DNA of 63,516 nt, the filler included, from Octopus bimaculoides (lineage: Eukaryota), in NCBI RefSeq assembly GCF_001194135.2. It is 5 parts of 5 records of this genome, joined end to end, with 100 filler letters (N's around TTAATTAATTAA, not from the genome) between each part and the next. Parts side by side here need not be neighbours in the genome. Positions count along the whole stretch, not along the records: positions 37,610 to 45,297 come from NC_069005.1; positions 45,398 to 60,205 come from NC_069006.1; 3 more parts are not named here. The stretch is one strand, 5' to 3'. Every line of letters begins with the position of its first letter. Within the stretch, counting starts at the first letter, position 1. The notes beneath the pieces are model-generated. The model was given only the letters and a program-made list of their open reading frames with translations. It was not told where the DNA came from and searched no databases. Shown here one piece after another: positions 38,386 through 50,760 of this stretch. The position numbers were made by a program, and so were the translations under genes.

Positions 38386-38540
38386 GTTAGGAAAGGCATC
38401 CAGCTGTAGAAACTCTGCCAAATCAGATTGGAGCCTGGTGTAGCCATCTGGTTCATCAGTCCTCAGTCAAATCGTCCAACCCATGCTAGCATGGAAAGCG
38501 GACGTTAAACAATGATGATGATAATGATGATGAGGATGAT
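38386..38540 (+). mobile_element. RTE-associated 3' tail element, inverted relative to 38058 copy
   Basis: gttaggaaaggcatccagctgtagaaactctgcc...ggacgttaaacaatgatgatga. Confidence 0.75.
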
Positions 38541-38789
38541 GATGATGAGAGAAAGAAACTGAGAAAAAGGAAAAAAGCAAATAAACATGAAGATGTAGCA
38601 CAAGCAAAGTATTAATGCGACACTTGGAGAAGGAAAAGAGTAGTTGTTTTACGTTTTGGGCATAGCTCTTCTTCGAAAACAGGAAAGTCCAAAGGGAAGA
38701 AGGAAGAAGCATGAAAAAAATTGCCAATAGTCCCTGTGCGGTTACATTTCTGAAGTGACCAAAACTAGAAGGACGAGTGGAAAGTGCTT

Positions 38790-39535
38790 TCTGGGAGAGG
38801 AGAGTGTGAAGGTGGAGTGTGTGTGTGCGTGCATGTGTGTGAGTACGTGCATGTGTGTGTGTGTGGCAGTAACTGCATGTGTGTGTATGCATGATAGCAT
38901 GTGTACGTGTGGTGGTAACTGTGTGTGCGGTGTATGTGTGTGTGTGGTATTAACTGCTTGTATGTGTTTGTGCTTGTGTGAGTAATCTGTGTGTGTGTGT
39001 GCGTGTATGTGGTAGGATCTGTGTGCATGTGGAGGGATCTGTGTGCATGTATGTTTAATGTCACTCTGAAAGGTCACCAGCTATAGTGACAGGTGTGTGA
39101 ATGGGTGGGTGTGGTAGTGTGTGTGTGTGTGTGTGTGTAGATGGAAGGGTCAATAGTGTGTCAGAAGCAGTCTGAAGGGTGTGTGAATGGGTGGGTATGG
39201 CTGTGTGCATGTGCATGCATGTATGCATGTGCATGCATGTGTGCATGTATACATAGATGGAATGGGATGTGCATATGTGTGTGTGTGTCTCTCTCTCTGT
39301 CACTCTGTCTGTCTGTCTCTCTCTTTGTATATTTGTATATATATATATATGTGTGTGCATGTGGGGATGCGCATGTGAGGATGTGCATGTGTCTATGTGT
39401 ATGTGAGTGAGTGTGGATGTATATGTATGTGTGTGTATATGTGTGCATGTGTGTGTGTGCTGTGTGTGTGGAGGGTTGTGTGTGTGTGTGTGCTGTGTAT
39501 GTGGAGGGCTGTGTGTGTGGAGGTATATGTGCAGT
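38790..39535. repeat. Long degenerate (GT/GCAT)-rich low-complexity tract
   Basis: Direct inspection. The window also has many (TA)n, (CA)n, (GA)n, (TAA)n, (TATG)n and (TATC)n microsatellites. Confidence 0.9.
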
Positions 39536-39629
39536 GTTCAGGCTGCGTAAAAAAGAAAAGAAAACAACATCTCATTCCAAAATAAAAGTATTTTTATAAA
39601 AAATCAAAACAGAAAACTAGATTATGGCT

Positions 39630-40400
39630 AGAATATAACAGTTTATTCAAAGTAGCTACCTCAGCTTCCACCACAGCCTCAAGATGGCTCTGGAACCTGG
39701 TGCAACATTTCTAACTGTGTCTCTGATCTTCGAAATCCTCCTTGATCTTGGCCACTAGCCCAGCCTTGGTGTTGCAAACAGAGCAGTTAGTGCCTTTTTC
39801 AAACATGTTGCCTACATAGTAATTCATGAGATTACAATCGGAGAAATAAGGAGAGTAGAAATCAGGTCTGATGAAGTCATAGAAATTCTCTGACAACCAC
39901 ATCTGTCTCTTTCTGGAGGTATGGCATGGGGTTAAATCCTGCTGCCATGCCTATAGCCTTCCAGCAGTAATGCTCTCCGGCCACAGTCTCCATCAGCTTC
40001 ATATAGCCATCTGAACCGAGCCTAAGGTCCTGTTCAGAGATGTGGCACACAATGATTTCACCTTCATGGAGACACACCCAAACACCATCACAGTTGCTAC
40101 TGGCCACAGCTTTGTAGCCTCCATTGCAGCAGTCCCCATCACATCTTACATCCTTTACAGTATTCACAGAGCATTGAGCAGCAGCCATGATGTTGGCATT
40201 TTGATACTTGGAATGAATCATCGTGATACAGGCAACTCTTTTCCAATATTCAGATAGCTTCCAGTCTTCCATGTCAACAAGCTTTTTCTCAACTACAACT
40301 TTAATCTTTATGCTCTCCAATGCTGTTGACTATTCATCAATACATCAAGCTGTTCCTGAAAAAGAAACATAAAAATTATCAAATTTAGCCCAAAGCTGTA
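39630..40400 (-). mobile_element. Tc1/mariner (maT/DD37D-like) transposase remnant, internally deleted
   Basis: Frameshifted: AAAQCSVNTVK (HTH) joined to VWVC..EG....HISEQDLRLGSDGY.KLMETV, WQQDS.PCHTSRKRQMWLSENF, SDCNLMNYYV, NTKAGLVAKIKE and RFQSHLEAVVEAEGSYFE*. Confidence 0.8.
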
Positions 40401-41060
40401 TATATACTTATATGAGTATGAGTAGTACCTGTATTTCAAAGGGCCAACCCAAGTCAAATTCTGTGTCATGCTGAATCTCCCTGAGAACTATGTTAAGGGT
40501 TACATGTGTCTGTGGATGTATGTACGTACGTACATAGGTAGGTAGGTAGGTAGGTAGGTAGGTAGGTAGGTAGGTAGGTAGAAATGGGATAGGAAGATAG
40601 ACAGGTAGAAAAGCAAACAGAGACAGATAAACAGACAGAAGAACATGCATAAACCAAGCAAGTGAGGGCAATAAAAATAGATAAATCAAGGTACCTGATT
40701 TTAACATATATGAATTCAGAATGATTTATTTGTAAATGAAATCTAAAACGAAATAAATTTATTGAATATTAATGTCAAAAGCTTGTCAAGCTGAATGTTG
40801 TGGTTATACATTGATGTTGGTAGAGAACAAAAATCTCTTCCTAGGGCTGCACATAAAAATGATTAACAACCCGTAGTGAGCTGTTAACAGAAGCTTTATT
40901 TACTGTGCATCACATTTTCTGTGTTGGCCCCTGGGTGAAAAATAAAAGCAACAATTTATACACACCAGGAGAGACATATTACTGGGATCTACGACAAAAT
41001 AGCAGGTACTTATCAATCTGTAAGTAGCCCATCATAACTGGGAACATAATCACACTAAAT

Positions 41061-41410
41061 GAGGTGCTCACAACCTTTTTTATCTATGGACACCTTTGAT
41101 TACTATTTTATTCTGGTGGACACCTCCATAGCCATTTGATGTTTAAAAACTAGTTTTATGGAAACTTCTCTCAAAATTCCCATTCTGTTTTTCACACATT
41201 AACTTGTGTAGGTAGAACTTTGTAAAATGTTGGAGAAAGAAACCCAGATATTTCTTGCAATACATACCAATACATACACCTAAGACAAAATTTTTTCAGG
41301 GACCCTTTAAGTACTATTGCGGATCCCCAATTTATTATTTTGCTGCATAGACTCCCAAAAATCTTACATGGACCCTCAGGGCCATATGGACGCCCAGTTG
41401 AGAACCACTG
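41061..41410. mobile_element. hAT (Charlie-type) MITE with 8-bp target-site duplication
   Basis: Exact CACTAAAT at 41053-41060 and 41411-41418; right TIR gttgagaaccactg, degenerate left TIR gaggtgctcacaacc. Confidence 0.8.
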
Positions 41411-42517
41411 CACTAAATTCGCTTTGGCAAAATCTGTATCTTCTAGTTGCGCAGCTGGTGAAGGAAAAATGAGAATGGAGTCATTACTGCTTCAACATTT
41501 GGAAGTTGCAGCCCTAAACTCACCTTTTTATAATGCTCATTAGAAGGCTCTAGAAAGTCGAATCACATGAAGGCTTGACATTGATTGGTCGGTTAATTGG
41601 CTGATCATGTGTATCAACAGTGATGTCACCGTAGTATTTGCATGGCTGTCCAATAATTCAGTTTTGAATCTGATACAAGTAGCTCCCACCCAGTTCTTTT
41701 GCATGGAATGTAAGAGTATGAAAATATATAAAAAAAAGCAAGTAGTTCATATAAAAAGAGAAAGAAAGACCAACAGAAATACAAAAAGAAAACGAAAAAA
41801 TATATTCATTGAATACTGAAAAAATGGTTGAAAAATGTTCATGCAACAATTAAAAGTTCATAGAAAATGCAAAGTTCTGTAGTTTTTTGTCTTTTTGCTT
41901 GGAAAAGGGAAAACAGTCTTTTGTTGGTGTGTGTTTTTATGCATCTAGCCAACCAATGCACTCTTCTTCCATCCCTGGTTACTCTGTCAGTAAGAGGTGT
42001 GTTGTTGTTAGATGTGTTATGATTATGTGTAGGTTGTGTGGATGTGGCAGGAGAAGAAGAAGAGTGTGATGGAAGGGGAAAAGACTGAATGACAGCAGCC
42101 TGCTTAAGTCAATCAACACTGACAGTCTGCTGTCTCCCGGTCCAAAACCATAGGCTTTCGTTTAGCTTTTAACACATGGTACAGGCTGAAATAAACTGTC
42201 TGCCAATGATACTCAACTGCATTGTTGTGTATACAAAAATGTGCATCCAGGTATTGATGTCAGGTAGAACAAAAGTTCTCATTGACAGTAGTATCCTTAT
42301 TGATGGAGGTAATTCCACCATGTAATTTCACAACCAATGAACATAAAAGATTTGTGTCTCTGAGAGAAAATTTTATAGAATTATAAGAGTTATTTCAATA
42401 ATCCCAACAGGATGAACAACAAAGTCGACATCACCGGAATTTGAACTCAGAACATACAGACAAAATACCACTAAGCATTTTGCCCGGTGTTGCTAATGAT
42501 TTTGCTAGCTCACTGCC

Positions 42518-42556
<39 letters not shown>

Positions 42557-43254
42557 TGATGATGATGATGATGATGATGATAACAACAACAACAACAACG
42601 ATCTTAATAAGTGTATAAATAAAAATTGAAATATGAAATTAAAAATTAAAGATTTTAAAAAATCCTTTTCTTTTGTTTTTCTTCCTTACTAAATTTCTTC
42701 ACCAAACAAAGCAGAATAACAAAAAAAAAATAATAAAATAAAAAGAAGCAAAAATAATATGGTTTTGAATTTGTCACATAATTCAGAAATTTTCAAACTG
42801 CAATATTTCAAGAAATTATATTGTTTTGCTGAAATGTTCAAAATAGAGTTGCTTTTTCTTTCCCTGGCCAGCATTGTCTTGCTCTAATAATTGTACACCT
42901 GCGTCACGTCAATCGCAATGTGACTCACCAAACAATGTTTTTCACTGATACTCCCCATCCCCAACCAAAATTCTACTCATTAAGATTTCCTTTGTCAGTG
43001 AAGAGGAATTACTAACGGGAACGCTCACACTGGCATACTGTTGAACATTCCTCCAAAAGTAGATATATTCTGGTTTTGTAATTGGTTTGTAATGATTTGA
43101 TGTGAACTCGTGTGCTAAAACATATGTTGTTGTGTCTGGGGTGGATCATTATGCTAATAATAAATACACGCACTGGTTTTTCTTCACTTTCTTATTATTT
43201 GTTTGTCAAATTAAGGCAGTGAGCTCACAGAATCATTAGTATGCCAACAAAATG

Positions 43255-43420
43255 CTTAGCAACATTTCATTCATTTTAACATTCTGAATTCAAATTCCAC
43301 TGAGGTCAATTTTGCCTTTTATCCTTTCAGGGTCATTGAAATAGATAGCAGCTGAGCACTGGGGTCCATGTAATCAACTAGTCCCATCCTCCCAAATTTC
43401 AAGCCTTGTCCTTATTGTAT
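43255..43420 (+). mobile_element. SINE family B, diverged (another copy on - at ~42400-42515)
   Basis: caaattccactgaggtcaattttgccttttatcctttcagggtc. Confidence 0.75.
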
Positions 43421-43544
43421 AAAGGATTATTTGTTTATCAAACTGGTTAACTGTTTGACCAATCAATTAATCAATTGTTTGGTTGATTGATCAGTCAATC
43501 AATCAACCAGCTATGTTTGTCAAAGTCCTTTCAGTGCTATTCAT

Positions 43545-43755
43545 GATAAAGATATATGGGAGCCATAAAGACCACCGATACATGGGAAGCTGATTTCCTT
43601 AAATGTCCTGGTGGGTCTCTGGAAGTTGTTGATAATATTTACTACTTAGGTGACCTAATTAGCAGTGGAGGAGGAAGTACAGAAAGTGTAATTGCTAGAA
43701 TAAGTATAAGATGGAGACAGTTCAAAGAGCTTTTACCTCTGTTAGCAACTAAAGG

Positions 43756-43806
<51 letters not shown>

Positions 43807-44520
43807 GAGTGAAGAGAAGATTGTATGATGCATGTGTACAAATTGTGGTGCTACAGGGTAGTGAGATGCCTTAATTTGACAAACATGGTAGTGACATGCA
43901 ATGGTTGGGGAGAAACGAAACTGGTATTCTCCACTGGATGTGTAATGTCAGTGTGCATGTGCAACAGAGCATTGGTGAATTGAGAGAGAAGTTAAGCATG
44001 AGAAGAATTGCATGTGGTGTTCAAGAGAGAAGACTGCACTGGTTTGGTCATGTGATGTGGATGGATGAGGACAGCTGCATAAAGAATGGCTGATCACTTA
44101 AAGTGGAGGGAAGTTGTGGAAGAGGGAGAACCAGGAAGAAATGGGATGAAGTATTGAAGGCCAATCTCAAAATGCTGAGCCTTACAAAGATGACAAAGGA
44201 CCGAGATATATGGTGCATTGCCGTACTCAAGAAGGCCTGCCCACCACAACAGGACTGAGATCCTAAAACCAAGGTGCCACATAAAAAGCACTGGTGCTGA
44301 TGCTACATAAAAAGCACTAGTGATGGTACCATGTAAAAATCACCCAATACACTCTCTGGAGTGGTTGGCATTAGGAAGGGCATCCAGCTATAGAAACCAA
44401 GCCAAAGCAGACTATGGAACCTAGTGCAGCTCCTGGACTTGCCAATTCCTGCCAAGTCATCCAACCTATGCCAGCATGGAAAATGGATGTTAAATGATGA
44501 TGATGATGATGACGACAATG
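43545..44520 (+). mobile_element. RTE-clade LINE 3' portion with 3' UTR and (GAT)n tail
   Basis: LEVVDNIYYLGDLISSGGG..ARISIRWRQFKELLPLL, RLYDACV, RRLHWFGHVMWMDEDS, GRGRTRKKW; UTR ends atgttaaatgatgatgatg. Confidence 0.88.
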
Positions 44521-45404
44521 ATATGTGCTGGTGTGAACACACCGTCTTTTAGATAGCATATTTTACATTGATTTGATATCATTGTACCATATATTCTTAT
44601 AGTGTATGTACATAAGTATACACATGGCATGCATGGGAGAAGAGCACTTGCACAACATGCAACATGGAGGAAGCTCAAATGTCAATAATGTAAAATGTAA
44701 AAATTAAGATATAAGATGAAATACAATTATTTTAAAAGAATGTGCATTTATAAAGCAATGAAAAGTTGCTGCCTGATTACTGCCAATAAATTTTAATATA
44801 TACACACTTTGATGCATTTTTAGCACAGTTTGTATATATCATTAAACACAATCTCATCAAAAATACCATTATCCTATCTACGTTTTAATGTTGTGAAAAA
44901 TAAAGCCCATCTCATTCACATTATTGTCAACCTTTTGGTGCAAACCATACAAAAGAAGTATATTGTTTGTTTATATATAACATGCAGTTATATAATTAAA
45001 TATTGTTACATACAAAATGAAAGCGAAATGGAGCAAGCTGATGTGTAGATATATAATAGCAATGTAATCTTAATATTACTTATGCTAAAGCAATGGGAAA
45101 ACAAAATGTACTCCATCAAATATGTTTCTTCATAACTTACAGAAAAATGGATTTTTAAAAATGAAATTCTCTACAAATATGCTTAAGGTAATATAGCTTC
45201 CGATTATATTGGAATTTTTTGAGAAAAAAATTGGGGGAGAGGGAGAGGAGTTTCAGTAAATTCACAGAACTTTTTGTAGATATATGTAATATGTGCCNNN
45301 NNNNNNNNNNNNNNNNNNNNNNNNNNNNNNNNNNNNNNNNNTTAATTAATTAANNNNNNNNNNNNNNNNNNNNNNNNNNNNNNNNNNNNNNNNNNNNTAT
45401 ATAA

Positions 45405-45705
45405 AGTGGAGGCACATGGCCTCGTTGTTAGAGCGGATTCGCGGTCGCGGGGTCGTGGGCCCGAATCTCAGACCGGGTGATGTGTGTGTGTTTATGAGCG
45501 AAACACCTAAGCTCCGCGCGGCTCCGGCAGAAGGTAATGGCGAACGTCTGCTGACTCTTTCGCAACAACTTTTTTTCACTCTTTCCTCCTGCATCTAGCA
45601 GCTCACATGTGACGGACCGGTGCCCCGTCCAGGTGGGGAACCTATACGCCAATGGAACGGGAAAGCCGACCTTTATGAGCCAGCATGGCTCATAAGGAAC
45701 AAACA
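45405..45705 (+). mobile_element. SINE family C
   Basis: Colinear with 23136-23440 over ~300 bp. Confidence 0.88.
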
Positions 45706-45739
45706 GTATATATATGTATATATATGTATAGGTACAGAA

Positions 45740-45898
45740 ATGAATTTATTTCTCAAACGCGTGATAATGCTATAAATAGCGAGATCAGGATAAATTATCC
45801 ATACATTGCAGAAAAATACGTTACTGGCCAGCCATGAGACTCGAACTCACATCTCTGTGATTACGCGTCAAGTGTTTTGTCATTAAACTAAACTGCCC
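45740..45898 (-). mobile_element. tRNA-Thr(CGT)-like head plus short body; probable SINE or tRNA pseudogene
   Basis: 45898-45825 folds as a cloverleaf: acceptor GGGCAGT/GGCTGGCC, D arm GTTT/AAAC, T arm GTGAG-TTCGAGT-CTCAT, anticodon loop CG-CGT-AA with damaged stem; body also present headless at ~2278-2350. Confidence 0.6.
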
Positions 45899-46405
45899 AG
45901 CATTAAACTAAACCCTGCTCCAGGCATTCCGAATCAAAATGTGGGATTTGCAGCAGGAGGTCAGGGTACTTGATTCCACGCAAAAAATCCGAGGTTTTTT
46001 TTTTTTTATTTATTTATTGGGTGAAAATCGTGCGGATGTTAATGTGAAAATTTACCAAACATTCTTTCATATTAAGTTGGAAGGNNNNNNNNNNNNNNNN
46101 NNNNNNNNNNNNNNNNNNNNNNNNNNNNNNNNNNNNNNNNNNNNNNNNNNNNNNNNNNNNNNNNNNNNNNNNNNNNNNNNNNNNNNNNNNNNNNNNNNNN
46201 NNNNNNNNNNNNNNNNNNNNNNNNNNNNNNNNNNNNNNNNNNNNNNNNNNNNNNNNNNNNNNNNNNNNNNNNNNNNNNNNNNNNNNNNNNNNNNNNNNNN
46301 NNNNNNNNNNNNNNNNNNNNNNNNNNNNNNNNNNNNNNNNNNNNNNNNNNNNNNNNNNNNNNNNNNNNNNNNNNNNNNNNNNNNNNNNNNNNNNNNNNNN
46401 NNNNN

Positions 46406-46695
46406 AAGTGGTTGAGCACTCCACAGACACGTGTACCCTTAATGTAGTTCTCGGGGGAGATTCAGAGTGACACAGAGTACCTTTGAAATACAGGTACAAC
46501 AGAAACAGGAAGATAGAGTGAGAGGAAGTTGTGGTGAAAGAGTACAGCAGGGTTCGCCACCATCCCCTGCCGGAGCCTCGTGGAGCTTTAGGTGTTTTCG
46601 CTCAATAAACACTCACAACGCCCGGTCTGGGAATCGAAACCGCGATCCTATGACCGCGAGTCCGCTGCCCTAACCACTGGGCCATTGCACCTCCA
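46406..46695 (-). mobile_element. SINE with family C-like head and family D body
   Basis: Head ccagtggttagggcagcggactcgcggtc; body gtacacgtgtctgtggagtgctcaaccactt. Confidence 0.8.
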
Positions 46696-47289
46696 CTACA
46701 TAATCGTACGTGGAAGATAAATACTGTTTTCTAATGTAACCTACTCCCTCTGTAAATATCTGCCTCTCTCTCTCCCTCCCCCTCTCTCTCTCCCTCTCTT
46801 TCTCTCTCCCTCTCTCTTACTTGTACGTACATATCACTATCTACTTGCTGTCCCTATTCCTCTTTGTGCCACTCTTCCAGAAGCGTTATTCCCATTGGTT
46901 GATTTAGTTTCCTCCCCTCTTTATTTGCCTACGTCACCGTCAGAGTTACGATCACGACAACTATAACCTCAGCTGCAGTCAGTACCATTTAATTAATTAT
47001 ATTTTCCTCACTTACTTCCTCACTTCGTCTTCATTATATTTTACTCGCTTACTTCCTTAGTATGGCCACTTAATTTTATAGAGCTAAAAGTCAGTTGGCC
47101 CTGTCTGTTACTTAACCCTCTTAAAAATGTATTGTATCTGTATATATATAAAATATTACTATAAACTCAGCGACGTCACTTCAACGTATATATTATAGAC
47201 ACAGGTATAAACACACACTGCTCTGCATATGTAAACATGTCAGATATATACACAGAATGCCTACATGCACGCAAACATATACTATACAC

Positions 47290-47460
47290 AGACACGTTCT
47301 GAGTTCAAATTCCGCCGAGGTCGACTTTGCCTTTCATCTTTTCGGGGTCGATTAAATAAGTACCAGTTACGCACTGGGGTCGATATAATCGACTTAATCC
47401 GTTTGTCTGTCCTTGTTTGTCCCCTCTGTGTGTAGCCCTTTGTGGGTAGTAAAGAAATAA
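47290..47460 (+). mobile_element. SINE family B 3' portion, close to consensus
   Basis: Core plus tail gtgtagccctttgtgggtagtaaagaaataa. Confidence 0.85.
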
Positions 47461-48364
47461 CACACACGCACGCACGCACACACACACACACATATGAAGG
47501 GGGACGGGAGCAGCACACGTCATCGTAGTGATGCCTAATATGCTGCAAATCCTTTATTTTGGTTCGGAAATCATTGGAAATTTTTTTTTTTTTTTTTTTT
47601 TNNNNNNNNNNNNNNNNNNNNNNNNNNNNNNNNNNNNNNNNNNNNNNNNNNNNNNNNNNNNNNNNNNNNNNNNNNNNNNNNNNNNNNNNNNNNNNNNNNN
47701 NNNNNNNNNNNNNNNNNNNNNNNNNNNNNNNNNNNNNNNNNNNNNNNNNNNNNNNNNNNNNNNNNNNNNNNNNNNNNNNNNNNNNNNNNNNNNNNNNNNN
47801 NNNNNNNNNNNNNNNNNNNNNNNNNNNNNNNNNNNNNNNNNNNNNNNNNNNNNNNNNNNNNNNNNNNNNNNNNNNNNNNNNNNNNNNNNNNNNNNNNNNN
47901 NNNNNNNNNNNNNNNNNNNNNNNNNNNNNNNNNNNNNNNNNNNNNNNNNNNNNNNNNNNNNNNNNNNNNNNNNNNNNNNNNNNNNNNNNNNNNNNNNNNN
48001 NNNNNNNNNNNNNNNNNNNNNNNNNNNNNNNNNNNNNNNNNNNNNNNNNNNNNNNNNNNNNNNNNNNNNNNNNNNNNNNNNNNNNNNNNNNNNNNNNNNN
48101 NNNNNNNNNNNNNNNNNNNNNNNNNNNNNNNNNNNNNNNNNNNNNNNNNNNNNNNNNNNNNNNNNNNNNNNNNNNNNNNNNNNNNNNNNNNNNNNNNNNN
48201 NNNNNNNNNNNNNNNNNNNNNNNNNNNNNNNNNNNNNNNNNNNNNNNNNNNNNNNNNNTATATATATATATATAAATTTTCAGAATGAGATATCTATATA
48301 TTAATACTTAAACATTCATCGTCTGAAAGTCTTCCAGCTTTGCATTCTTTCTATTTACATACAT

Positions 48365-48692
48365 GGTTGGCACTCCGTCGGTTACGACGACGAGGGTCCC
48401 AGCTGATCCGATCGACGGAACAACCTGCTCGTGAAATTAAGTTGCAAGTGGCTGACAACTCCACAAACACGTGTACCCCTTAACGTAGTTTTCAGGGATA
48501 TTTCAGCGTGACACAGAGTGTGACAAGGCTGGCCCTTTGAATTACAGGTACTCATTTTTTGCCAGCCGTGAGGTCTGGAGCAAGGTGAAATTAAGTGTCT
48601 TGTCCAAGGACAAAACTCGCCACCGGAAATGGAACACACGACCTTACAATTGTGAGCAGATTACCCTAACTGCTAAACCACGCGCTTTCATA
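48365..48692 (-). mobile_element. SINE family D
   Basis: tRNA-like head, body and tail ccctcgtcgtcgtaaccgacggagtgcca; head-only copy at ~5380-5482. Confidence 0.82.
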
Positions 48693-49142
48693 CATTTATG
48701 TATACATACATACATATAGACACGCACACGTATGTCTTTGAACGTGTGTTTGAACGTGTCTTTGAACAGATGTGTTTATATACACGACTGTAGAATATTT
48801 ACTCACACATATACGCGCGTGAACACACTCACACATGCCATAAGTGCACACACACACACATACACACGCATATATCTTCTCCATTGCTGATACTCAGTTG
48901 TTCAAACGTTTAATTGTCTCAATGAACTTTGAAACTAACATCGGTGTCACGTTTTAACACACGTTTTATCCCAGTCCGAGTAAGTTTAAGAGATCATGCC
49001 ACACTAATAGCAGAATTTGTTCCCCAGGCTTACGGTTGAACGTGGAGGCGGACGTGCGGCGGGGACTACAATCTCATCTCGTAGAAATATTTTTTGTTTG
49101 GGAATTTTCGACGTCGATGAAAATTCAACCAACTGCAGGATA

Positions 49143-49305
49143 TAGGCACAGGCGTAGCTGTGTGGTAAGAAGCATACTTCTCAACTACATGGTTCTGGGT
49201 TCAGTCCCACTGCGCGGTTCCTTGGGCACGTTTCTTCTACTATAGCCTTGGGCCGACCAAAGCCTTGTGAGTGGATTTTGATAGACAGAAACTGAAAGAA
49301 GCCCG

Positions 49306-49338
<33 letters not shown>

Positions 49339-49530
49339 TTTGTGTATGCGCTTGTCCTCCACCATCGCTTGACAACCGGTACCGGTGTGTTTACGTAACC
49401 GTAGCGGTTTTGCAAAAGAGACCGATAGAATAAGTACCAGGCTTTAAAATAATATGTACTGAAGTTCATAAATTCGACTAAAATTCGTCAAGGCGATGCC
49501 CCAGCATGGCCGCAATCTAATGACCGCCAG
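49143..49530 (+). mobile_element. SINE family A nested in an older repeat
   Basis: Full head-to-tail match; interrupts the 48997-49630 repeat. Confidence 0.85.
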
Positions 49531-49684
49531 TGGATTTGTTGCATTCAACTTAGTGGAATGAGTACTCTTAATGAAAGCCTCTACTAGAAAGTTATAGATA
49601 CGACAGAGTCGATCTGGGTGTAATGATAAGAAAAGAATAATACCGTATGTATATAAAACGTGGTGATAGGTAGCTATAGACGGA

Positions 49685-49850
49685 GGAGTGGCCGTGTGGT
49701 AGGTAGCTTGCTTACCAACCACATGGTTCCGGGTTCAGTCCCACTGCGTGGCACCTTGGGCAAGTGTCTTCTACTATAGCCTCGGGTCGACCAAAGCCTT
49801 GTGAGTGGATTTGGTAGACGGAAACTGAAAGAAGCCTGTCGTATATATAT
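49685..49850 (+). mobile_element. SINE family A 5' half, close to consensus
   Basis: gtggtaggtagcttgcttaccaaccacatggttccgggttcagtcccactgcgtggcaccttgggcaagtg. Confidence 0.88.
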
Positions 49851-50760
49851 AATGTGGAGGGTAGGCCACCAGTGTGTTTCACATGTGAAGAAGGGGCCAC
49901 ATGAAGGCATGGTGCACCCAAAGAAAGCCACAAACAGAACAGGAGGAGAGACAGGAGAGGGTGGACCAGGTAGTACAGGACAAGGCAACAGAAAAAGAAA
50001 CGGAGAAAGGATTCACTTTGGCTAAAACGAAAAGGAGGAGCGGAGGAATGAGTTCTCCGCCAGAGAAGCAGAAAAAGAAGAGGGAAGAGGTGAGAAAAGA
50101 AACTGTGAAGGAGGGCAGTAGGAAGGAAAAAGAAAGTAAAAAGAAAATGGAGTTAGCAGTGGAGAAAGTGTCGGAAACCGAACTGTATGAAGGTGAGAAG
50201 GAGAGACTATTTATGGAGGAAGAAAAGAGAGAACGAAAAGTCCAAGAGAAAGGAAAGAAGATACGAGGAGGAGAAGGAGTATGGTATTATGTGACGTACC
50301 CAAAAATGTTGAAACAGAGAAGAAGATAATCAAGTTACACTCAATAGTAAGAGTGAAGGTGCCTTCATACGTCTACGCGGAAGATATGAAGGCAATATTG
50401 ATAGAAGAGGAAAACTACAGAAAGTTGAAAGAGATGTGTGGAGATAGCGTTGACCCACCACGTGTGGAGGTGGAATTTAAAGAGTTGCCACCAGTGGTGG
50501 ATTTAAGAGATATCGAACCACTGATGAAGTTTTACTAAAGACAAAAAAAGTATGAAATTAAAGGGAAAAAACGAACAATTGTAAATGGTACATATAACGG
50601 TTCAAATGGTACTACAAGGGAGTGGGGCCCATGCGTCCATTTTCATTTTTATATAACTTTCATTTCATTTACATTCGTTTTATGTTTTTTGTCCCCGCTG
50701 TGGTCTTGTCTGTCCTTGTGGTGTCCCCATCTGTGTTTCGGGCTTTATGCCTAATAAAGA
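49851..50760 (+). mobile_element. ORF1-only Tx1/L1-like retroelement derivative (zinc knuckle, K/E-rich region, 3' UTR, AATAAA)
   Basis: VEGRPPVCFTCEE(fs)GHMKAWC = CX2CX4HX4C across a 1-nt frameshift near 49895; charged ORFs to 50538; T-rich UTR ending ctAATAAAgaa at ~50752. Confidence 0.65.

Noticed and set aside
41229-41270. CWRKKPRYF as kinase subdomain XI
   Set aside because: Lies inside the hAT MITE, lacks the RPxF spacing and has an upstream in-frame stop.
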